DNA of 59,484 nt from Alphaproteobacteria bacterium (GTDB lineage Bacteria > Pseudomonadota > Alphaproteobacteria > SP197), in NCBI GenBank assembly GCA_028277285.1, contig JANQGO010000221.1:1-59484 (forward strand), read 5' to 3'. The notes below the pieces were generated by a model. It was not told the origin of the DNA, made no database searches, and worked only from the letters and a program-made list of their open reading frames with translations. Of this stretch, positions 20,329 to 29,249 are shown in pieces. The position numbers were made by a program, and so were the translations under genes. Each line of letters begins with the position of its first letter. Position 1 is the first letter of the stretch.

Positions 20329-21843
20329 ATGGCAGAGAACATCGCTGACGCCGCGTCAGCCGGCACCTTGTTGGAACCACGGCTGCCGGTCGACGGCGTC
20401 GCCGGCTGTTTCATCGACGGGCGATGGCATTGGCCCGAAAGCGGTGACAAACTCATCGTCGAGAACCCGTCGCGGCGTGTGCCCTTGGCCGAGATCGGCC
20501 GCGGCACGGCACGCGAGGTCGGTCTGGCGGTCGACGCAGCGACGGCGGCCTTCCCGGCATGGCGTGCGCTGGCCGCAAGCGAGCGCGGGCGCATGCTGAG
20601 CGAGCTCGGCGATCGGTTGATCGCCGATGCGGAGGAGGTCGCGCGGCTTCTGGCGGCCGAGACCGGCAACGCCATCAAGACCCAGTCGCGCGGCGAGGTG
20701 ATGGGGGCGGCCGGCGTGCTCAAGTACTATGGCGGTGTCAGCGTCGAGCAGAAGGGCGAGACACTGCCGCTGGGTCCCGGCATCTTCAGCTATTCGACAC
20801 GCGAGCCTCACGGTGTTGTCGGCTCGATCATTCCCTGGAACTCGCCGCTGCAGCTGGGCGCGGTCAAGATTTCGATGGCGCTCGCCACCGGCAACACGCT
20901 GGTACTGAAGCCGGCGGAAGACGCGCCGCTCGCGGTCCTGCGTCTGGTCGAGATGGCCGCGGACATCTTCCCGCCCGGCGTCTTCAATGTGGTGACCGGT
21001 CTGGGCGAGGAGGCCGGCGCGGCGCTGGCCCGCCATCCCGATGTCGCCAAGGTCTCGTTCACCGGCTCGTCGGAGGTCGGCAAGCTGGTTGCCCACGCCG
21101 CCGCCGACCGCATCGCCAACGTGACGCTTGAACTGGGCGGCAAAAGCCCGTGCATCGTCTTTCCCGACGCGGCCGCCGAACCGCATCTCGATCAGACTGT
21201 GACCGGCATCTGCAACGCCATGCGTTTCGCCCGGCAGGGACAGTCGTGCACGGCGGGATCCAGGCTGTTCGTCCACCGCTCGGTGTGGGACACGATCATG
21301 CCTCGGGTCGCGGAGAAGGCCGCCGCGATGGTCGTCGGCGACGCGCTCGACCCGGATGTCGATATCGGCGCGGTGATCAACGGCGAACGTTATGGCGCCA
21401 TTCGCGCCTATGTGGCGGAAGCCGAAGCGGAAGGCGCGACGTTCCTGACCGGCGCGACACCGCCCGACGATCCGCCGGGCTATCAGCCGATCCCGACCGT
21501 GCTCGCCGGGCTCGATAACACCTGGCGCGTCGCGCGCGAGGAAGTCTTCGGCCCGGTGCTGGTTGCCATTCCCTGGGACGACGAAGACGAAGTTGTCACC
21601 ATGGCGAATGACACCCACTACGGGCTCGCCGCGTTTCTCTTCACCCGCGATGCCGCGACGATCATCCGCATGACGCGGGCCATCGATGCCGGCTGGGTGC
21701 AGGTTAATCAGGGCGGCGGGCAGATCCCCGGCATGTCCTATGGCGGCACGAAACAGTCGGGCATCGGCAGCGAGTATTCGATCGAAGGCGCGCTGGAGGC
21801 CTATACGTTCCGCAAGTGCGTGACAATCGCGGTCGATCCCTGA
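20329..21843 (+). CDS. Aldehyde dehydrogenase family protein
   Basis: IPWNSP, FTGS, LELGGKSP, RQGQSCTAGSR and EEVFGPV. Confidence 0.93.
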   Translation: MAENIADAASAGTLLEPRLPVDGVAGCFIDGRWHWPESGDKLIVENPSRRVPLAEIGRGTAREVGLAVDAATAAFPAWRALAASERGRMLSELGDRLIADAEEVARLLAAETGNAIKTQSRGEVMGAAGVLKYYGGVSVEQKGETLPLGPGIFSYSTREPHGVVGSIIPWNSPLQLGAVKISMALATGNTLVLKPAEDAPLAVLRLVEMAADIFPPGVFNVVTGLGEEAGAALARHPDVAKVSFTGSSEVGKLVAHAAADRIANVTLELGGKSPCIVFPDAAAEPHLDQTVTGICNAMRFARQGQSCTAGSRLFVHRSVWDTIMPRVAEKAAAMVVGDALDPDVDIGAVINGERYGAIRAYVAEAEAEGATFLTGATPPDDPPGYQPIPTVLAGLDNTWRVAREEVFGPVLVAIPWDDEDEVVTMANDTHYGLAAFLFTRDAATIIRMTRAIDAGWVQVNQGGGQIPGMSYGGTKQSGIGSEYSIEGALEAYTFRKCVTIAVDP

Positions 21844-23108
21844 TGACCGCCGACCGCTTCGGCAATCCGATCGATCCGGGAGTCGGCTACGCCCGCGGCA
21901 CGCTGATCGGCTCCAGCGCTGATGAGGTCAGACGATTGCGCCACGCCCAGACGGTCGCGGGTGCGCGCGTGACCGAGCGAGGCCCCGACAGCATTGCGAT
22001 CTTCACCGGCAACTCCCGCTATTTTCCGCTCGATGGCGACGACATCGTGACGCTGTGCGAAGAGTGGGTCGGGCCGGGTCTCTTCAAGGACCGTTTGCGT
22101 GACGTGGCCGTAGACCACCTGGGTGGCGGGGATCACGACGATGCCGCGGTGTTCAATCGGACAAGCGCCGGTATCGTCGCCACGGTTCTCGCGCTGTCGA
22201 ACGGGCGGCCCGTCGTCTCGGTCGTGCCGGACGGCGACCGTTCCCACGCGTCGGTCGTGCGCGGCTGCCGTTTGGCGGGTGTGCCGCTGGTCGAAGTCGA
22301 GGGATCGTCAGACAGCGCGGTATCGATTGCCGAACATCGCCCGCACCTCGTGGTCGTCACCACCGTGACCAGCACGCTCAGCCGTTTGGAGGATATGACG
22401 ACCCAAACCGCAGTGGTGGCGGCCAAGGCAGGCGGCGCTGTCACCTTGCTGGACGAGGCCTATGGCGCCCGGCTGCGTACGGTCCTGCACGATGGTGCGC
22501 CCAGCCTTTCCCTGTGTGCTGATCTCTCCATCACCAATGCCGACAAGGCCGGGCTCTCCGGACCACGGGCCGGTATCATGGCCGGCGCGCCCGATGCGCT
22601 GATACCAGTCGTTGCACAGGCGGCAGAACTCGGCATGGAGGCCCGCGCACCGATCGCGGCGGGCGCCATGCGTTCGCTTGAAGCGTTCGCCCCGGACATG
22701 CTGCGTGAGGAAGCGCGCGACGGGCGCGCCATCGCCGATGTCTTGGCCGGTTTGTTCGGTAACGCCATCGTCCACCGTTCCGATCTCGGCCCCATGATTC
22801 ACGAAGAGGACGTCCATCAGCTTGTGCTCGATCGTTCGGGCATCAATCGCACCGACATTGTGCCGGCCGAGACGTCGGCGGCGATCGGCATGTTGTTGCT
22901 GCGCAGTCATGGCGTGTTGAGCACAAACACCCACGGCCAGCCCGGCGGCCGCGTGTCGTTGAGGCTGAAGCCGACGCCCGGCGCTGTGGTGCGGGTTGGC
23001 GGTGCCGCTGTTTTGGGGGACGCCCTCAACGCAACGATTGACGAGGTTGCCGAGAACCTGACGGATAAACGATGGTTGGCGACTCTTCTGTTTGGGAGCG
23101 ACGCATGA
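21843..23108 (+). CDS. PLP-dependent enzyme, MJ0158/UPF0425 (SelA-like) family
   Basis: VGP...HLGG...VFNRTSAGIVAT.LAL, SHASV.R.C.LAG, LDEAYGARLR, and a PLP-Lys motif TNADKAGLSGPRAG. These match, from memory, the methanogen MJ0158 family. Confidence 0.7.
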   Translation: MTADRFGNPIDPGVGYARGTLIGSSADEVRRLRHAQTVAGARVTERGPDSIAIFTGNSRYFPLDGDDIVTLCEEWVGPGLFKDRLRDVAVDHLGGGDHDDAAVFNRTSAGIVATVLALSNGRPVVSVVPDGDRSHASVVRGCRLAGVPLVEVEGSSDSAVSIAEHRPHLVVVTTVTSTLSRLEDMTTQTAVVAAKAGGAVTLLDEAYGARLRTVLHDGAPSLSLCADLSITNADKAGLSGPRAGIMAGAPDALIPVVAQAAELGMEARAPIAAGAMRSLEAFAPDMLREEARDGRAIADVLAGLFGNAIVHRSDLGPMIHEEDVHQLVLDRSGINRTDIVPAETSAAIGMLLLRSHGVLSTNTHGQPGGRVSLRLKPTPGAVVRVGGAAVLGDALNATIDEVAENLTDKRWLATLLFGSDA

Positions 23109-24121
23109 CGATGTCCGACGACGACCTGGCGCGTCTCGACGACCGGCTTGACCGCCTCGTTAATCTCGACATCGGCAATCGCGGTGTTGAACACCTCTAC
23201 GAGGCAGCGCGAGACCGCGAAGGCCGGCCGCTCGTCGGCGCTGCCGCCGAACGTCTGCTCGCGGTGCCCGAAGGCGGTACCGTCGTCCTGACCACCGGTT
23301 CGGTCTCGCGCGCGTGGATCACGCCCGAGATCGGCGAAAACGACGGGCCGTCCGGCGCCGCCGCGATCGCGCGCGCGCTTGTGCTGGCGCGTAACGTCAC
23401 GTGTGTTGTCCTGGCTGAAGAGGCGTTGCTGCAGCCCATCGGCGCCGTCATGACCACGGCGGGGTTGACCTGTACTGACATCGAAACGGCGCGCGCCGCG
23501 AGCGCCGACTGCAGCCTGGCGACCGTGGTCATGCAGGCCTATCCCACCGACGATGCGGCGGGCGCGGCGGTGGCGAACACCATGCTCGATGATCTCAAAC
23601 CGGACCTGCTGTTTTCGACCGAACGTGTGGGCCGTAACGAGAAGGGCATCTATCACAACATGGGCGGCCGGGATTACGGCATGGGCCGTGCGCGTGTCGA
23701 TCTGCTGTTCGACGAAGCGATTGCGCGTGGCCTTCCGGTTGTCGCCGTCGGCGATGGCGGCAACGAGATCGGCATGGCCAGAGTACGTGACGCGGTCATC
23801 GCCCACGTGCCCTTCGGCGACACGTGCACGTGCGGCTGTGGCGGCGGTATCGTCGCGGTGACGGGCGCCGACGTTCTGGTCACCGCGGCCTGCTCGAACT
23901 GGGGTTGCACGGCCATCGCTGCGGCCATGGCGGCACGTGCCGGCGATGCGCGCCTGCTGCATACGCCCGAGGCGGAGGGGCGCCTTTTGGATTGCATGGT
24001 GGCCAACGGTCTCATCAATTCGACCCATGGCATCGTCGACGACAACGTCGACGGCATCGCGCGCGCCAGCCACGTCGCCATTGCCGAACTCTGCCGGTCG
24101 ATTGTCGCGCGCGTGCTCTAA
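23105..24121 (+). CDS. D-glutamate cyclase (DUF4392) domain protein
   Basis: TTG...ENDGPSGA, ERVG, VGDGGNEIGM and ACSNWG; ATGA overlap with the upstream gene. Confidence 0.8.
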   Translation: MTMSDDDLARLDDRLDRLVNLDIGNRGVEHLYEAARDREGRPLVGAAAERLLAVPEGGTVVLTTGSVSRAWITPEIGENDGPSGAAAIARALVLARNVTCVVLAEEALLQPIGAVMTTAGLTCTDIETARAASADCSLATVVMQAYPTDDAAGAAVANTMLDDLKPDLLFSTERVGRNEKGIYHNMGGRDYGMGRARVDLLFDEAIARGLPVVAVGDGGNEIGMARVRDAVIAHVPFGDTCTCGCGGGIVAVTGADVLVTAACSNWGCTAIAAAMAARAGDARLLHTPEAEGRLLDCMVANGLINSTHGIVDDNVDGIARASHVAIAELCRSIVARVL

Positions 24122-24140
24122 GTGTTTGCGTCAGCGTGGA

Positions 24141-24205
24141 TGAATTGTTCCTTCGATAACCCGCGACTTTTGGAATTGTGGCTTGCCGCGGACCCCACCT
24201 ATCGT
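24141..24205 (+). promoter_or_regulatory. Putative MetR-type LysR-dependent promoter of mttB-gcvT
   Basis: TGAATTGTT...TTGGAATTGT aligns without gaps (19/39) to 29103-29141. Candidate -35 TTGTGG and -10 TATCGT. Confidence 0.4.
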
Positions 24206-24231
24206 CGTTGAACGATGGTGGACAGGATCGG

Positions 24232-25740
24232 TTGAAGCGCGTGACGCAAAGGCGGCGGCGACAAACTGCCGAGACGGAAAAGGCGACACCGGCGGTGATA
24301 CCGGTCGGTGGTCGTTTCAAGCCGCTCGGTTCGGACGAAACGAAGGCGATCATCGATGCGGCGTTCGACATCGTCGGGACGATCGGCTTTGCCGACTGCG
24401 CGCCGCACCTGATTGAGCGGGCCGTCAGCAGAGGCGCCCGTCTGCGGTCTGACGGACGCCTGACATTCCCACGCAATGTGGTCGACGATGCGCTCGGTCG
24501 CGCCGCGGAAACGGTTGCGCTGCCGGGTTTCGTCGCCGACGCCGGTCTTCAAATCGGTGGCGGCTGTGTCCACATCGGAACCGGTGGCGCGGCGGTCGAG
24601 ATTCTGGACGCCGATTCCCTGGTGTTTCGCGACGCCCGCCTCGACGACCTCTACCGCCTGATGCGGATCGTCGGTGTCAGCGACAACATCCACTATGGCG
24701 TCAGGCCGGTTGTCGCCCGGGATATGCCGACACCTCTGGAGCTCGACATCAACACCGCCTTTGCCTGTCTGAAGGCAACGTCGAAACCGATCGGTGTGAG
24801 TTTTGACTCAGCGGAACACATGGCGCCGGTGACAAAGCTGTTCGACATGGCGCTGGGCACCGAAGACGGGTTCCGCGCGCGGCCGTTCTGTTTTGCCGTG
24901 ATCGTCCATGTCGTGCCGCCTCTGCGTTTCGCGGCCGAGGGCCTTGCCATCATGGAAGCGGCGATCGCTGCCGGCATGCCGCTGCAGATCTGTACCGCGG
25001 CGCAGGCCGGCGCGACGAGCCCGGTGACGTTGGCTGGCGCCCTGGCGCAAGGTCTTGCCGAGTGCCTGGGCGGGCTCATGATGGTCGATCTGATCAAGCC
25101 GGGGTTCCCCTGCATTTTCGCCTTCATGCCGTTTATCTCCGACCTCCGGACCGGCGCCATGACCGGCGGCAGCGGTGAGGCGGCGGTCGCCAACGCGGCG
25201 GCGGCGCAATTGATGCTGTCACTGGGCTTGCCGTCGACGGTCTCGGCCGGCATGACCGACGCCAAGCTCGCCGATGCCCAGGCCGGTTACGAGAAAGGCT
25301 ACACGGTGGCGCTTGCCGCCCAGGCCGGCGCCGACATGATCAACCTGTCGGTCGGCATGCTTGGCTCGATCATGGCGGCGTCGCCGGAGGCCCTGGTCAT
25401 CGACAACGACATGTGCGGCGCAATCCTGCGTTCGGTGCGCGGTATCGAGCTCACCGACGGCGCGATCGATCTGGACCTGATCGAACGCGTGGTAACCGGG
25501 CCCGGCCACTATCTGGGAGAGGCCCAGACGCTCGCGCTGATGAAATCGGAATACACCTATCCCGAACTTGGCGACCGCCAAAGCATCGCCGACTGGACGG
25601 AGGGCGGCGCCAAATCGATCTGGCAACGCGCGAAGGAGCGCGTCACCGAGATCGACAAGGCCGATCCGCCAAACCATCTGCCGTCCGACCGCGAGGCGCG
25701 GATCAGGGCGGCGTTTCCGATTCACTTGCGGGCGATCTAG
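24232..25740 (+). CDS. Trimethylamine methyltransferase MttB superfamily (non-pyrrolysine)
   Basis: GATSPVTLAGAL, DLRTGAM..GSGE, DAKLADAQAGYE and GPGHYLG; no internal TAG. The start is uncertain (24178, 24232 or 24241). Confidence 0.87.
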   Translation: MKRVTQRRRRQTAETEKATPAVIPVGGRFKPLGSDETKAIIDAAFDIVGTIGFADCAPHLIERAVSRGARLRSDGRLTFPRNVVDDALGRAAETVALPGFVADAGLQIGGGCVHIGTGGAAVEILDADSLVFRDARLDDLYRLMRIVGVSDNIHYGVRPVVARDMPTPLELDINTAFACLKATSKPIGVSFDSAEHMAPVTKLFDMALGTEDGFRARPFCFAVIVHVVPPLRFAAEGLAIMEAAIAAGMPLQICTAAQAGATSPVTLAGALAQGLAECLGGLMMVDLIKPGFPCIFAFMPFISDLRTGAMTGGSGEAAVANAAAAQLMLSLGLPSTVSAGMTDAKLADAQAGYEKGYTVALAAQAGADMINLSVGMLGSIMAASPEALVIDNDMCGAILRSVRGIELTDGAIDLDLIERVVTGPGHYLGEAQTLALMKSEYTYPELGDRQSIADWTEGGAKSIWQRAKERVTEIDKADPPNHLPSDREARIRAAFPIHLRAI

Positions 25741-25743
25741 ATC

Positions 25744-28164
25744 ATGAAGTCCCACGCCCATGTGGTTGTCATCGGCGGCGGCGCGGTCGGCACGGCGATC
25801 CTCTACCATCTGGCGCTTGCCGGTATCACCGACACGCTGCTTCTGGAAAAGGACGAACTGACGGCGGGTTCGACCTGGCACGCCGCCGGCAACATCCCGA
25901 CCTACGCCAACTCGTGGCTTGGCATGCGCGCGGGCAACTACGCGTGGCGGCTCTACAATGATCTGAGCGACACCGTCGACAGCCCGATCACCTATCGTCA
26001 CACCGGCGCGTTCTGGCCGGCGCACACGCCCGAACGCATGGCGCTGTTCCACCACCTGACCGGCGTTTCGCGGAGCGCCGGGTTCGATCTTCGCATGCTG
26101 TCGCCGGCCGAGATGGAGGCGATGCATCCCCATTGGCGGGCCGACGACACGATCCTGGGCGGCATCTTCGACCCCTATGAAGGCGATATCGACCCCAGCC
26201 AACTCACCCAGGCGCTCGCCAAAGGCGCGCGCGATCTGGGCGCAGAGGTTGCGCGCTTTACGCCGGTCACCGGGCTCCAGCAGCGGGCATCCGGCGAATG
26301 GGAGGTCGCAACCGAGAAGGGAAATGTCACCGCCGGTATCGTGATCAACGCGGCGGGTTTCTATGGCGCCGGAGTCGCCGCGATGGCGGGTCAGCATCTG
26401 CCCGTGGCGACGCTGGAGCACCAATACCTCGTCACCGATCCGCTGGACGCGCTGAAGGAGAACAAGGAGCTCTTTCCGCTGGTCCGCGACCCCGACATCC
26501 GTTTCTACCTGCGGCGCGAAGGCAACGGCTTTCTGTTCGGCTCCTACGGCCATGCGGGACGGCCTGCCTGGCCCGATGGACCGCCGGGCGACTTCGCCCA
26601 CCAGCTGTTTCCCGATAGCGTCGACGACATCCTGGAGGTCCTTGAAGACACCCTCGTCCACGTGCCGATCCTGGGCGAGGCGGGCGCGCAGCGCTTCGTC
26701 AACGGACCGATCGCTTACGCGCCGGATGCCCTGCCGCTGGTTGGCCCGGCGGCCGGCCTCACGAACTTTTATCATGCGACCGGTGTCCAGATCGGCATCA
26801 CCCATTCAGCGTCGATCGGCAAGGCGATGGCCGAATGGATCACCGAAGGCGAGACGGAATGGGATCTGGCCGCCTGGGACCCCAGACGGTTTGATGACTG
26901 GGCAAGCCGGGGCTACGCATCCCGGCGTGCCTCAGAACTCTATGAGCTGCAATACGCCATTCCCTATCCCCACCGTATCCTGCAGTCGGCACGCCCGGTT
27001 CAGGTGACGCCGCTTTACGACACGCTGGTGAAACGCGGCGCGGTGATGGGCCAAATCGCCGGCTGGGAGCGTGCCTTCTGGTTCGAGCGCGACGGCGCAA
27101 CCGACACCGGCGCGTTGAGCTTCGGCGACGAACCCTGGCACGCCGCCGTGCGCGCGGAGTGCGAGACCGTCCGTGATGCGGTTGGTGTCATGGATCACGG
27201 CGGGTTCACCAAATACACGGTCGAAGGCCCGGGCGCCGAAGCCTATCTGTCGCATATCGTCTGCGGCGGTGTGCCAAAGCCGGGCCGTGTCCGGCTGAAT
27301 TACATGCTGACGCCCAAAGGCCGTATCTGGTCGGAGGCGACGATCGCGCGCCTAGCCGACGACCGGTTTCTCCTGTGCGGCCCGACACTCGCCGACCTCA
27401 GGGACTTCGACTGGCTGGCGCAACATCTGCCAAGCGACGGCAGCGTAACGTTGTGCCATGGCGCCGACCACGACGCGGCGCTGATGGTCATGGGCCCGAA
27501 GTCACGCGAACTGCTGGCGACACTGACCAACGCCGACCTCAACGCCGACGCGGCGCCCTGGATGAGCGTTGCGGAGATCGAGCTGGCCGGTATCCCCGTC
27601 ACCGCCATGCGGGTCTCCTATGTCGGCGAGCTCGGCTGGGAACTGCACCTTTCCTCTTCCGACTTGGCGAAGCTGTACGATGCCATCAACGACGTGGGCG
27701 CCACCCATGGCCTCTGCGACTTCGGCTCCTATGCCCTGAACGCCATGCGCATCGAAAAGGGTTATCACGGCTGGGGTGCTGACTTCGGCATCGAGTACAC
27801 CTTGTTCGATGCCGGGCTCGCGCGCTTCGCCAACCTCAAGAAAGGCGACTTCATCGGACGCGATGCCGTAGTCGTGCAATCACAAACCTCGCCTGACTGG
27901 AGCTTTGTTGGGTTGGAGATTGCCGACCCGGGTCCGGACGCGCTCGCCAGCGACCCCATTGTCAAGGACGGCACCTGGATCGGCTATGTGACGTCCTGCG
28001 GTATGGGCTTTCGCACCGGCAAGCTTCTCGCGCTCGGATACGTGCGTTCGGGCAGCCTAGTCCTGGGCGACCGCTGCGTGGTGTCGATCTTCGGGGAAGA
28101 GCGGTCGGCTATCTGCCATTCGCCTCACGTCTACGATCCCGAGAACCAGCGGCTCCGCGCCTAG
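25744..28164 (+). CDS. GcvT-family FAD-dependent oxidoreductase (dimethylglycine dehydrogenase-like)
   Basis: VIGGGAVG, LTAGSTWHAAG, GWERA.WF, SYVGELGWELH and RIEKGY. Confidence 0.9.
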   Translation: MKSHAHVVVIGGGAVGTAILYHLALAGITDTLLLEKDELTAGSTWHAAGNIPTYANSWLGMRAGNYAWRLYNDLSDTVDSPITYRHTGAFWPAHTPERMALFHHLTGVSRSAGFDLRMLSPAEMEAMHPHWRADDTILGGIFDPYEGDIDPSQLTQALAKGARDLGAEVARFTPVTGLQQRASGEWEVATEKGNVTAGIVINAAGFYGAGVAAMAGQHLPVATLEHQYLVTDPLDALKENKELFPLVRDPDIRFYLRREGNGFLFGSYGHAGRPAWPDGPPGDFAHQLFPDSVDDILEVLEDTLVHVPILGEAGAQRFVNGPIAYAPDALPLVGPAAGLTNFYHATGVQIGITHSASIGKAMAEWITEGETEWDLAAWDPRRFDDWASRGYASRRASELYELQYAIPYPHRILQSARPVQVTPLYDTLVKRGAVMGQIAGWERAFWFERDGATDTGALSFGDEPWHAAVRAECETVRDAVGVMDHGGFTKYTVEGPGAEAYLSHIVCGGVPKPGRVRLNYMLTPKGRIWSEATIARLADDRFLLCGPTLADLRDFDWLAQHLPSDGSVTLCHGADHDAALMVMGPKSRELLATLTNADLNADAAPWMSVAEIELAGIPVTAMRVSYVGELGWELHLSSSDLAKLYDAINDVGATHGLCDFGSYALNAMRIEKGYHGWGADFGIEYTLFDAGLARFANLKKGDFIGRDAVVVQSQTSPDWSFVGLEIADPGPDALASDPIVKDGTWIGYVTSCGMGFRTGKLLALGYVRSGSLVLGDRCVVSIFGEERSAICHSPHVYDPENQRLRA

Positions 28165-28175
28165 AGACGGGGTCG

Positions 28176-29093
28176 TTAGAATCCGCCTTCCGCTGTCGCG
28201 CACCAATCGACGAGGTGTTGTGCTGTCGCGACGACCGGCCCGTCATCCGGCTCGTCGCCGCGCGCCATCGCCTGCCAAGGAATCATGATGCCGTCGGCAC
28301 CGACTTGCATGGCGGCGATGCGGCCACTCACGACATGGGGCCGCATGGCCCAGCCGGCGAGCACGCTGGTCCCCTGGCCGGCCGCCACCAGTTCGACGAT
28401 GGCCTCTGGCAGTTCGACAGTGGCGCCCCATCGCGGATAATAACCTTCGGCGCGGAACAGGCGCGCAAACTCGCGGTCGGGTTCCGGCACCTTGGTATAG
28501 GTAATGAACGTCTCGCCTTCGATGTCGGGTCCGCCGATGAAAGCCTTGCCGGCGAGCCGGTGGTCCGGCGGCGTGATGAACAGCAGGGGATCGTCGAACA
28601 ACGGCCAGCGACGCGCCTCGCGCATCGATGTCTCGCCCGACATGACGACGAGATCAACCTGGCGATTGGAGAGCGCCTGCAGCGGGTCACGCCCGGCCGC
28701 GGCCATGACCTGAATGTCGATGCCGCTGGTCTTATCGTGGAAGTAGGTCAGGAAACCCGGCAGCCAGTGATAGGAGCTATAGGCCTCGACGGCGATGCGG
28801 ACGATGTGGTCCATGCCGTTGTTCATGCGCCGCACATCGGCCTCGACACGCTCCATCTCGACCAGCCACCGGTCGCTGGCGTCGGCCAGATACTCCGCCG
28901 CGGCGGTCATGCGAAGCCGTTTGTGCAGACGTTCGAACAGGCGCACGCCAAGCCTGCGTTCCGCCTCCTTGATGCGGTGCGAGAGGGCGGACGGCGTCAG
29001 ACCCAACTCGTCGGCCGCATCGGTCACGCGGCCGGTCCGGCCAATGGCGCGGATCATCTGGAGGTGGCGCAGGTCGAGGAGCGGTTCGGGCAT
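28176..29093 (-). CDS. LysR regulator, MetR-like
   Basis: LTPSALSHRIKEAERRLG, AYSSYHWLP and AIVELVAAGQG. Confidence 0.88.
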   Translation of the reverse strand: MPEPLLDLRHLQMIRAIGRTGRVTDAADELGLTPSALSHRIKEAERRLGVRLFERLHKRLRMTAAAEYLADASDRWLVEMERVEADVRRMNNGMDHIVRIAVEAYSSYHWLPGFLTYFHDKTSGIDIQVMAAAGRDPLQALSNRQVDLVVMSGETSMREARRWPLFDDPLLFITPPDHRLAGKAFIGGPDIEGETFITYTKVPEPDREFARLFRAEGYYPRWGATVELPEAIVELVAAGQGTSVLAGWAMRPHVVSGRIAAMQVGADGIMIPWQAMARGDEPDDGPVVATAQHLVDWCATAEGGF

Positions 29094-29102
29094 CGCTTTG
29101 AC

Positions 29103-29166
29103 TGAAAACAATTCACCGAAACAGCCTAATCTTGTTATTGTCAGTCAGTCAAACATCCCGAAAACT
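29103..29166 (+). promoter_or_regulatory. MetR-box-like site and sigma70-like promoter in the divergent lysR/aminotransferase gap
   Basis: TGAA-N5-TTCA at 29103-29115, and TTGTCA-N17-AAAACT downstream. Confidence 0.55.
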
Positions 29167-29249
29167 GCGGTCTTGACCGTCGTTGGGAGCTAGGATCCGT
29201 GGCCACACCACAATCACTTGTTGTCAACCCTGCCGATCAGGATGCCGCC

